A stretch of DNA of 34,134 nt. Source: Desulfurococcales archaeon ex4484_204 (GTDB lineage Archaea > Thermoproteota > Thermoprotei_A > Sulfolobales > NBVN01). Shown here in pieces: positions 1 to 9,335 of this stretch. The stretch is taken from contig NJEF01000005.1 in NCBI GenBank assembly GCA_002255065.1, positions 1-34,134 of the forward strand, in the 5' to 3' direction. Made by a program: the position numbers and the translations under genes. The notes beneath the pieces are model-generated. The model was not told the DNA's origin, searched no databases, and saw only the letters and a program-made list of their open reading frames with translations. Numbering within the stretch: the first letter of the stretch is position 1; every line of letters starts with the position of its first letter.

Positions 1-29
1 TATCCGTACTATTAGTAAGTGGTGATTTA

Positions 30-2274
<2,245 letters not shown>

Positions 2275-2510
2275 AATAGTTTATGAAAGTATGAAGTCGT
2301 TACTCACCTTAATACCTAAGTCAGCAAGTTTCTTAGTGCAGTTCACGCTGTATTTCCACGTTTTATTTATTCGTATCTAGTATACTGTTACTGAATCGCA
2401 TAATGCATAGGGGATTACTGCAGTGATTAAGCCCTAATAAGTGGTCAACTTCATGCATTACCTCCTTCCTAACCCTACTAAGCAGTACATCTCTATTACC
2501 CCCGCTAATC

Positions 2511-3188
2511 ATGAAGTACAGTCTAGGGGTATATACTGAGGCAACCCTAAGTGAGGGAGTAGCTACGAGCCTTGGTCTTACTGCGAGGATTTACTGGTTG
2601 GATGTATTCTATTCCCCTGATACCTTCTTTGAGGAAGAACTCAGGGAATACGCTTACATGGGTGCTACGGAGAAAAACATAGAAAGAGTAGTTAAGGGTA
2701 GATTGTCTAGCAGGCTTCCCGAAGTATTCCTTACGGATAGGCATGACAGGGTATACGGCTTCGGAGCCTACGCATTAAAGAATGAGGCTCTAAAACCGGC
2801 TGTAACGTCTTGGAGAAGCAACGTAAAGGCCAAGCTACCAAAGAATATGAGAAAACATATACTCCTCGAAGCATCACGTGCTAGGGAGTTCCTAGTAGTG
2901 CTTAGTGGTTCGCTTTTATCACCTCTTCTCATATCCAAGCTGGAGAAAATATTCAAGAGAAAGATCCGAAACACGAGGTTCTATAAAGGCACAATTATCA
3001 ACGATACAGTGAGGTACATCGATGAGAAACTAAGAGAAAATACCACCACACCTAGTACACGATATAAGGAAAGTACTCACAGAAGGAAAACTGCCACGGG
3101 GAAGGTGACGAGAAGAAATCATAAAAGCAATGCAGGTATAGATTCTCTTATTTCTTGTTTATTAATAGATTTCACTCTTCTTCCGTAG
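2511..3188 (+). CDS. hypothetical protein (island-borne; Lys/Arg/Thr-rich C-terminal third)
   Basis: This is a 225-aa ORF with no motif I recognise and no obvious TATA box or SD upstream. It may itself be a decaying gene. Confidence 0.3.
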   Translation: MKYSLGVYTEATLSEGVATSLGLTARIYWLDVFYSPDTFFEEELREYAYMGATEKNIERVVKGRLSSRLPEVFLTDRHDRVYGFGAYALKNEALKPAVTSWRSNVKAKLPKNMRKHILLEASRAREFLVVLSGSLLSPLLISKLEKIFKRKIRNTRFYKGTIINDTVRYIDEKLRENTTTPSTRYKESTHRRKTATGKVTRRNHKSNAGIDSLISCLLIDFTLLP

Positions 3189-3237
3189 AGTTTCCTGCTT
3201 TAAAATTGATGTTTATAGAAGGCGGGAGTAGGAGGAG

Positions 3238-3815
3238 ATGAGTGTTCATAGTAATAGTGTGACAGGAATTTATAAATTTGAGCAACTTAGCCAAGCTTCT
3301 AATCTTGTTAGCTCCATTGGAGCCCGACAAGAGGGGTGGGTCTTCAACGATTATACATGTAATATAAATATTAGTATACCGCGATGGTTGTCGAAGTTAT
3401 TGGGGTATGGCGATGAAGGTGTTACTAGGTATATTGTGTTAAAGCTGAGTTTGAGGCCGGATTGGAATTGTTTGGTTTCATTGCCTTGGCGTGTTGTTAG
3501 GTCTCGTTCTGCTCCTTCGCTTGTCCCTGATAATGTATTCGTAAAGTTTATCAAATAAGAGGTTGTGGGTAAGTTTAAGTTTAATCGTTGGTTGGAGGTT
3601 GTTGCTACTCCTCGTGCTGGTAAGAGTGCTGATGTTATTCAAGAGGTTATTCGATATTATTGAGAATGACCTGGCGAATTATACTGTTCTTGTTGTTGCA
3701 CCTAATCAACGTTTAGCTGAAACGTTGTATAGATATGCTATTGGTGCTACTGCACGTTTGTATAGAGAGTTGCGTAGAAACAGAATTAAGATCTCTACAC
3801 CGCCACCGCACGTCC
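3238..3815 (+). pseudogene. Broken P-loop NTPase gene (terminase-large-subunit-like or SF2-helicase-like N-terminus)
   Basis: ORF 3238-3558 continues in the same frame across a TAA (3556-3558) into EVVGKFKFNRWLEVVATPRAGKSADVIQEVIRYY, with Walker A at about 3607-3627. That frame then stops at TGA 3661-3663. The sequence resumes in the +1 frame as ENDLANYTVLVVAPNQRLAETLYRY, which resembles motif Ia. An AGGAGG lies just before ATG 3238. The hydrophobic start of track ORF 3563 (MWVSLSLIVGWRLLLLL) is an out-of-frame reading of this Walker A segment. Confidence 0.45.
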
Positions 3816-4489
3816 CTGGGCACGTTCTAGATAAGGTAGTGTTCTCTATTCAGGACGACATGTATAGGGCTCTGTTCTGTTTAATGCGTATAACAGGTGC
3901 TAGAATAGAAGAAATAGTGTTACTTGGAAGAGAGAATAATAAACGATGAAGATTCGATATACGTTAGATTTGACGTAACCAAGGTATGTCAAGAGAAGTA
4001 CCGCTGAACCGGTCTGGATTTAAACAACACTTGAGAATGTTCCTTACACGGTATTATCACCAACATCCTAAAGCCAGCGATCCTAGTGCCTGGCTCTTCC
4101 CGAGAACTACGGATTTAAGTAGACCTGTGCCCAGGAACTTCATGTATCTAATGTTTAAGAAAGCCGCGAGGAGTCTAGCAAAGTCAGATCCCGAAATTCA
4201 GAAGTACTTAGAGCATATATACCCGCATTAGTTTAGGCATACACGCGCTTATGAATTAGTGTTTCAGAACTAGAATTTTCGGTGGATAGTGTACTACTTT
4301 GGCTAGAGGAAGGTAGATGTGGTGTTACGATACATGCAGGCATTTGAGTTAAAGCAGGTATACAGGATGTTAAATGGTAATGGGAATAGTAATGGAAAGG
4401 TTAAGACCTGTCTTAGGTGCTACGCTCTAATACCAGAAAATGCAAGACTGGTTCACAGGTACTGTAATAGATCAAGACGCAGAAAATAA
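3800..4489 (+). pseudogene. Tyrosine recombinase (integrase) catalytic domain, inactivated by multiple in-frame stop codons
   Basis: A single reading frame gives ALFCLMRITGARIEEIVLL (box I Arg), then EVPLN, then HIYPH*FRHTRAYELV (box II H-x-x-R-H-T), then VVLRYMQ (candidate Tyr nucleophile), ending at TAA 4487-4489. In-frame stops occur at 3947 (TGA), 3965 (TAG), 3971 (TGA), 4229 (TAG), 4271 (TAG) and 4304 (TAG). Confidence 0.7.
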
Positions 4490-4821
4490 ACAAGATCCAT
4501 TTTAATTTTCATAATAAAATAAATGATAAGCATGCCTTAGAAAAACATTAGTTTTTACTTCTCCCCAACCAGTAAAAATTGCTCTTCTCCTCAACCCTAT
4601 CAACAGGTTATGGTCTCACGCATGGGGTGCTGTGATGGTAGGGCTGGAAGCCCAATAGCAAAGATGAGTACGGTGCGATTTAGCATAGGTTTAAAACGTT
4701 GTGTCATTGTTTGTTAATAAATTTGTGTTGCCAGCTCCTAAAAATATTAAACCGATTCTTCCCGTGTCCTTCCGGAGGTTAACGGAATAGGGGTGTAGGT
4801 GGAGAGAACAAACAATTATTT

Positions 4822-4834
4822 GCTAATTATAGAA
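4822..4834 (+). promoter_or_regulatory. Candidate TATA box for the 4851-5756 two-gene unit (leaderless-type spacing)
   Basis: The sequence ctaattatagaa is centred about 24-26 nt upstream of the GTG at 4851. That spacing is typical between an archaeal TATA box and the start of a leaderless transcript. Confidence 0.3.
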
Positions 4835-4850
4835 TACAAAAACTTTAAGA

Positions 4851-5072
4851 GTGAACAAAGAAGGTGTCTTAAAGTTAGGTTTATGCGAGATGATTAAATA
4901 TAGTATAGCAGGAATGGGGATGAGGAGTCCTCTAGACGTGCTTAAAGAAGCCAACAGAAGGAAGAGATCGGCTAAAATAAAGACTCCACTTGTTTTGATA
5001 AGATCTCTTAATAAGGAGAGAAGAAGGATAGTTGCTACCCAAAGAATTCTAGAACGTGTTGTAGGTAGGTGA
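4851..5072 (+). CDS. small, strongly basic hypothetical protein (73 aa), co-oriented 6 nt upstream of the proteasome-like gene
   Basis: The ORF starts at GTG and contains an Arg/Lys-rich segment (EANRRKRSAKIKT...NKERRRIVATQRILERVVGR). It ends 6 nt before ATG 5079, and a GGTGA SD-like motif for the downstream gene lies inside its 3' end. No family was recognised. An internal start (MIKYS) is possible. Confidence 0.4.
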   Translation: MNKEGVLKLGLCEMIKYSIAGMGMRSPLDVLKEANRRKRSAKIKTPLVLIRSLNKERRRIVATQRILERVVGR

Positions 5073-5078
5073 TGTGCA

Positions 5079-5756
5079 ATGACCTTAATAATAGGTATTA
5101 GAAGTAAAGATGGTGTAGTTTTGGGGAGTGATAGAAAGGTTCTTCGAAGTGGCGAAGTTGAGTACTCTAATAAAATTTTCATTGTTAATAATGTTGCCTT
5201 GGCCGTTGAGGGCCTTACAGGGATCAGAGATGATTCTCTCTACTTGCTAAATGCAGAGTTACAGCGTGGGCGAGGGGTAGATACTCTTTATGAGATGAAG
5301 GTTATTGCTGAGGACATTATAGCTGAGCTTACTGAGAGATACAGAGACCGCGTTAGGGAGGAGATGCCTATAGGAGTATTAATGGCTGGAAGGGAGTATC
5401 TCGTTAATGGTAAAGCATTACTATACTATATACACGGTATGGGGTATGGCGAGGCAGTAGACTTTTTATGTACTGGTCATGGAGGTCATTACGCCACCTC
5501 ATTGGCTAAGTTCCTACCCAAGAAAGACCATGATGTTATTGAGAATGCTAAGAGAGTAGCCTTTATAATATCTTGGGTAACTGAAGACGTCGACGTAACT
5601 GTTGGTGGTGATCCAGACGTGGTTATTGTACAAGATAGCGATAAACCAGCTAGTGAACCTATAGAGCAGTTGGATGCAAACTTAGTAAATAACATGAAAA
5701 TTAAGGCTAAGGAAGTTAAGAAGAGGTTTGCCGATATAATCTTTGGTTCAACGTAA
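5079..5756 (+). CDS. Proteasome beta-subunit / HslV-like Ntn-hydrolase, no propeptide (Thr directly after initiator Met)
   Basis: MTLIIGIRSKDGVVLGSDRKV aligns with the mature N-terminus of archaeal beta subunits (TTTVGITLKDAVIMATERRV). NKIFIVNNVALAVEGLTGIRDDSLYLLNAEL aligns with the Lys33 region ([33 protein letters not shown]). IGVLMAG aligns with VQLLVGG. CTGHGGHYATSLA aligns with the GSGS/GSGG motif. DVDVTVGGDPDVVIV aligns with the C-terminal strand. A GGTGA lies 6 nt upstream of the ATG. Confidence 0.8.
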   Translation: MTLIIGIRSKDGVVLGSDRKVLRSGEVEYSNKIFIVNNVALAVEGLTGIRDDSLYLLNAELQRGRGVDTLYEMKVIAEDIIAELTERYRDRVREEMPIGVLMAGREYLVNGKALLYYIHGMGYGEAVDFLCTGHGGHYATSLAKFLPKKDHDVIENAKRVAFIISWVTEDVDVTVGGDPDVVIVQDSDKPASEPIEQLDANLVNNMKIKAKEVKKRFADIIFGST

Positions 5757-6032
5757 TTTAATCAAAGTAAAAGTTTATGTTAAGTTCCAACCGCGAAATC
5801 TCGATGATTCTAGGGAAGTGTTTTATTCCTGAGGGTGATGATATTTTCTTGGTGAACCCCATGTCCGTGCTTGTTCACCAATTCTCCAAATATCTGTCTC
5901 AACTGAATACTTAACTAGCGATTGATTTAGAATGGAGATCCCCGCAGAACACACAGAATACTGCTAATTATCCTCATAAACACCTAATAGCTAATAACCT
6001 CTTAAAGTAATTAGCGAGTTCACCGACCTTCA

Positions 6033-6332
6033 CTAAATAAGGTCTTTACTTTTCCTAGATGAGAGCTCCCTAGCGATTGCCTTAACTATGACACTCTTTT
6101 TTGCATTATCCTCCTCGACCTCAATAACGATGCAGCCCCTGCTTCTATACCAGGTTCTGGGGTATTTCTTATCTTTAACCTCCTCGCATGCTAGCCCTAG
6201 GGAGGTGCATGCTGATACTATGTCTTCGGTGCTGGGTAACGGTATAGCTAGCTCTTTAGGAACCCTCCTGCCATACCTCCTAGGCAGTGTTGAGTCAAAA
6301 TACTCAGGCCAGACGATAATGCGTTTAGCCAA
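6033..6332 (-). CDS. srp19: Signal recognition particle protein SRP19
   Basis: The sequence IIVWPEYFDSTLPRRYGRRVPKELAIPLPSTEDI is the canonical SRP19 N-terminal signature, and the size (99 aa) fits. Confidence 0.9.
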   Translation of the reverse strand: MAKRIIVWPEYFDSTLPRRYGRRVPKELAIPLPSTEDIVSACTSLGLACEEVKDKKYPRTWYRSRGCIVIEVEEDNAKKSVIVKAIARELSSRKSKDLI

Positions 6333-6365
6333 GCATGTACCACCGCTTTAGCGCTAGCTAAGTAG

Positions 6366-6764
6366 CTACTCGCTCTTAGCGGTCTCTATGATGACAGCGT
6401 TTACTACGCCGTCCTGACCCGGCCTAGATGTTACCTTAGCTATACCCGCCTCAGTTCTTATGATAGCACCCTTAGTTATTATCCCTATCCTAGCGTGCTC
6501 CTTGTTATCGGGTGTCTCGACTATTTCTAGAATCCTTTCCCTCTTAGAGACCCCCCTACCGGGGTCCGTAACGTTAGCGAAGGCAACCCTCTTTAACCTT
6601 ACCTTAATACTGCCTCCCCTCACCCTATCGATAACCCTCTTATTAACGTCCGAGAGCATGGTGTTTGTTGGGAACCTCCCTAGCTCATACTTCCTCTTCT
6701 TCCTAGAAGGCCTCTTCCTGCCGCCAGTTATCTTGCGTAGGTCGTTACCTTGATATACGCTCAT
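6366..6764 (-). CDS. rps8e: 30S ribosomal protein S8e
   Basis: MSVYQGNDLRKITGGRKRPSRKKRKYELGRFPT is the S8e signature. I place the start at the second Met of the track ORF (6764). The ORF is open to 6782. Confidence 0.9.
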   Translation of the reverse strand: MSVYQGNDLRKITGGRKRPSRKKRKYELGRFPTNTMLSDVNKRVIDRVRGGSIKVRLKRVAFANVTDPGRGVSKRERILEIVETPDNKEHARIGIITKGAIIRTEAGIAKVTSRPGQDGVVNAVIIETAKSE

Positions 6765-6831
6765 ACGTGAACCCAGGTCCATTCCAATAATATCCTTTAA
6801 AAGCTTTAGTGCCTCCTTCTATGCTGGGAGC

Positions 6832-7674
6832 ATGAAGAAGAGGCTGGGTAACCTATTAATAGCGCTATTTAGACGCTCAGCAGGCCTGATACAGGTAGTA
6901 GCGAAGCCCATATATAAGGTATATGAGGTTTGGTTATGGTCCCAGATATGCGACGGACCTGTGCCGAGACATGTCGCTATAATCCCTGACGGGAACAGGA
7001 GGTGGGCTAGGAGTCTAGGGTTAAACCCCATTATTGGCCATAATGTAGGCTATGAGAAGCTTAAAGAGGTACTCGACTGGCTGTGGGATCTAGGGATAAA
7101 GGTGGTCACGGTGTACGCTATGTCCTACGAAAACTGCACTAAACGCTCAGAGGACGAGGTGAACAACCTATTTCACCTACTCAAGAGGGGCATTGAGGAG
7201 ATTAAAGAGAAGGGTGAGATAGATAAAAGGAGGATTAGGATCAAGTTCTTCGGTAGATTCGAGCTGGTTCCTAAGGACGTCCTCAACATGGTTAAGGAGG
7301 TAGAGGAGTACAGTAGTAAGTACAGCGAGCGCTTCCTCAACATAGCTATATGCTACGGCGGTAGGCAGGACATAATCAACGCGGTGAAGAGAATAGCTAG
7401 GGACATCGCTACTGGTAAGGCATCTGTTAATGATATAGATGAAGGCATATTCAGGAAGTACTTAAGTACCTCCCACTTACTAAGCTCAGGGCTTGAAGAA
7501 CCTGACCTCGTTATAAGGACTTCCGGGGAGCTTAGACTAAGCAACTTCCTGTTGTGGCAGATAGCATACAGCGAGCTATACTTCTGTGACGTGCTATGGC
7601 CTGAATTCAGGAAGATAGATCTGTGGAGAGCTATAAGGTCCTACCAGAAGAGGGAGAGACGCTTTGGAAGGTAG
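6832..7674 (+). CDS. uppS: Undecaprenyl/di-trans,poly-cis-prenyl diphosphate synthase (cis-prenyltransferase)
   Basis: PRHVAIIPDGNRRWA, VTVYAMSYENCTKR, IRTSGELRLSNFLLWQIAYSELYF and the C-terminal RERRFG are hallmark UppS motifs. Confidence 0.9.
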   Translation: MKKRLGNLLIALFRRSAGLIQVVAKPIYKVYEVWLWSQICDGPVPRHVAIIPDGNRRWARSLGLNPIIGHNVGYEKLKEVLDWLWDLGIKVVTVYAMSYENCTKRSEDEVNNLFHLLKRGIEEIKEKGEIDKRRIRIKFFGRFELVPKDVLNMVKEVEEYSSKYSERFLNIAICYGGRQDIINAVKRIARDIATGKASVNDIDEGIFRKYLSTSHLLSSGLEEPDLVIRTSGELRLSNFLLWQIAYSELYFCDVLWPEFRKIDLWRAIRSYQKRERRFGR

Positions 7675-7675
7675 T

Positions 7676-8566
7676 TTACTCAGCCTCCCCATCTGAGTAG
7701 AGAACCTTAAGCTCGTCTAGCGAGAGCCTCATACCCTTCCTAAGCTTATCCTGGGCTATAGCTCTCTTTCTCTCCCTAATCCTCTCCTCCATAGCCTTCC
7801 TCTTACGCAGCCTGACCTCCCTTAACTCCTCCTGAAGGCCCCTCAACCTCTTCAGCAACGCATTGATCTCCTCCGCCACCGATACTAGCTTCTCGGCATT
7901 ACTCCTTATGTCCCTGCTCTTACACTCTATCTCCTTTGATAACCCGTCAGCTACCTCCTTTAACCTACGCATCCTATCCCTAAAGGCACTGATCTTGCTA
8001 CTTACCTCCCCTATCTCCTTGTTAAGGTCGCTGAGCTCTACTAAGTAACTCTTAAGTGATGCTTTAAGCTCCTTAGCCTCCTCCCTAAGCCTCCTCACCT
8101 CAATAGCCCTATCTAAGACCTTCTCCAACCTCGCGATCTCCCTTACCAACCTATTCTCCTCGTCTAGAGGTAAAGACTCAGTTATTATCCTCCACTCAAG
8201 GCTATCTATCCTAGCCTTTATCCTAGCGATAGACGCGGTCCTAATAGATGATAGCTCGTTAATTACCTCCCTCTTAGAAAACAGCTCCCTCTTCACCTCC
8301 CCTATCGACTTAATAACCCCCCTCCTTTTCTGAATAAGCTCATCACGTCTACTCCTTAAGCTGCCCAGCTCCTCCCTAAGCCTCCTTAGCTCAGCCCTTA
8401 CATCCCTTATTTTACCAATTAACTCACTACGCTCTGCCTTAAGCCTCCTAATGCTCTCCACGATTAGCAGGCGCTCTTCCTTCAAATTCTTAAGACGGCT
8501 CCTTAACTCATCGATCTCCCTGAGTATGGAGTCTTCGTCAGCGCTTCCTGACATATACCTACCCAC
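7676..8566 (-). CDS. Archaeal coiled-coil protein (COG1340-like), function unknown
   Basis: The 296-aa sequence is almost entirely heptad-like and rich in Glu, Arg, Lys and Leu (LKEERLLIVESIRRLKAERSELIGKIRDVRAELRRLREEL...). The COG1340 assignment is from memory of that family's composition, not from a search. Confidence 0.6.
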   Translation of the reverse strand: MGRYMSGSADEDSILREIDELRSRLKNLKEERLLIVESIRRLKAERSELIGKIRDVRAELRRLREELGSLRSRRDELIQKRRGVIKSIGEVKRELFSKREVINELSSIRTASIARIKARIDSLEWRIITESLPLDEENRLVREIARLEKVLDRAIEVRRLREEAKELKASLKSYLVELSDLNKEIGEVSSKISAFRDRMRRLKEVADGLSKEIECKSRDIRSNAEKLVSVAEEINALLKRLRGLQEELREVRLRKRKAMEERIRERKRAIAQDKLRKGMRLSLDELKVLYSDGEAE

Positions 8567-8573
8567 ACCTTCC

Positions 8574-9299
8574 TTACTGCCTTATTAAGACCCTAGCATC
8601 AGCTATCTTAGCTCCCTTCCCTACCTCAAACACCATTATCGGGTTTAAATCGACATCGCTTATATCTTCGTGCTCCTCCATAAGCTTGGACAGCTTCCGA
8701 ATTATGTCTACGAGGACGTCCTTATCCCTCGGAGGCATGCCCCTATAACCCTCAAGCACCTTAGCAGCCCTTATCTCAGTGATCATACTCTCAGCATCGT
8801 AGCGCGTTAACGGGGTTATCCTGAAGCTAACATCCTTAAGTACCTCAACGAAGATCCCCCCTAAACCGAAGAGCAACACTGGCCCGAAGGTGGGGTCCCT
8901 GGTAGCACCGACTATTACCTCTAGCGACTGAGGCACCATCTCCTGAACCAAAATGCCAGCAACCTTAGCCTTAGGGGCGTGGAGCTTAACACCCTCCACT
9001 ATCTCGTTATACGCCTTAAGCACCTCCTCCTCACTATTAAGGTTTACCTTAACACCGCCAACATCGCTCTTATGAACTATATCAGGACTCACTATTTTAA
9101 GCACGACAGGGAAGCCAATGGTTTTCGAGTACCTAACAGCTTCCTCAGGACTACGCGCTAAAAACGCCTTAGGAACCGGGAGGTCGTAGACCCCTAATAC
9201 CTCGTAAGCTTCGTGCTCCAGCAGCTTCCTCCTACCTTCACTCCTCGCTACCTCAATGACCTCCTTAACCCTCTTCACACTACCCATATAGGATCCCAA
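8574..9299 (-). CDS. acdB: ADP-forming acetyl-CoA synthetase beta subunit (ATP-grasp domain)
   Basis: LLEHEAYEVLGVYDLPVPK...IGFPVVLKIVSPDIVHKSDVGGVKVNL...EVIVGATRDPTFGPVLLFGLGGIFVEVLKDVSFR...DLNPIMV is the typical AcdB / succinyl-CoA-synthetase-beta-like ATP-grasp pattern, at about the expected 240 aa. Confidence 0.8.
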   Translation of the reverse strand: MGSYMGSVKRVKEVIEVARSEGRRKLLEHEAYEVLGVYDLPVPKAFLARSPEEAVRYSKTIGFPVVLKIVSPDIVHKSDVGGVKVNLNSEEEVLKAYNEIVEGVKLHAPKAKVAGILVQEMVPQSLEVIVGATRDPTFGPVLLFGLGGIFVEVLKDVSFRITPLTRYDAESMITEIRAAKVLEGYRGMPPRDKDVLVDIIRKLSKLMEEHEDISDVDLNPIMVFEVGKGAKIADARVLIRQ

Positions 9300-9335
9300 G
9301 AAATCTTAATACCCTCCCTTTAAAAGTCTGCCCGC

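Larger units (their letters stand above)
2275..6032. mobile_element. Degraded integrated element / genomic island (integrase remnant, broken P-loop NTPase gene, orphan cargo genes)
   Basis: The block sits between two housekeeping genes (nfnB and srp19). It is visibly more A+T-rich. My spot counts of 60-nt lines gave roughly 18-43% G+C inside, against roughly 45-57% in the flanks. Codons at 3560-3800 end mostly in T. It contains a tyrosine-recombinase pseudogene and unusually long non-coding gaps (2275-2510, 4490-4850, 5757-6032). The boundaries are approximate and I found no convincing att repeats. Confidence 0.5.

Noticed and set aside
2401-2460. An 8-bp inverted repeat TAATGCAT...ATGCATTA enclosing an imperfect palindrome around CTGCAG, upstream of ORF 2511.
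   Set aside because: The arms are short and A+T-rich and the inner pairing is imperfect. There is no adjacent regulator gene and the region is degraded, so the evidence is not enough for a feature.
3563-3660. The apparent signal peptide or TM helix at the start of track ORF 3563-3949 (MWVSLSLIVGWRLLLLLVLVRVLML).
   Set aside because: The same nucleotides read in the neighbouring frame give a clean Walker A segment (EVVATPRAGKSADVIQEV). That segment continues the upstream ORF, so the hydrophobic peptide is an out-of-frame artefact.
4823-5182. A 119-aa hydrophobic minus-strand ORF spanning the small basic ORF and the start of the proteasome-like gene, considered as a possible membrane protein.
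   Set aside because: It overlaps the highly conserved N-terminus of the proteasome-like gene on the other strand. It has no start context, and its Leu/Ile/Ser-rich composition is what an antisense reading of an A+T-rich gene produces.
2278-5785. Possible att-like direct repeats at the island edges. One pair is agtttatg...aagt near 2278-2293 and 5773-5788. The other is cacct(t)aata(c/g)ctaa near 2306-2320 and about 5981-5994.
   Set aside because: The matches are only 8-14 nt, need indels, and lie in A+T-rich sequence. That is well within chance expectation, and neither overlaps a tRNA gene.
5757-6032. A 276-bp gap next to srp19, considered as a possible SRP (7S) RNA gene or other structured RNA.
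   Set aside because: The region is A+T-rich and lacks the long G+C-rich helices expected for a thermophile 7S RNA. I saw only a 7-bp inverted repeat (ggtgaac...gttcacc, about 5861-5889).
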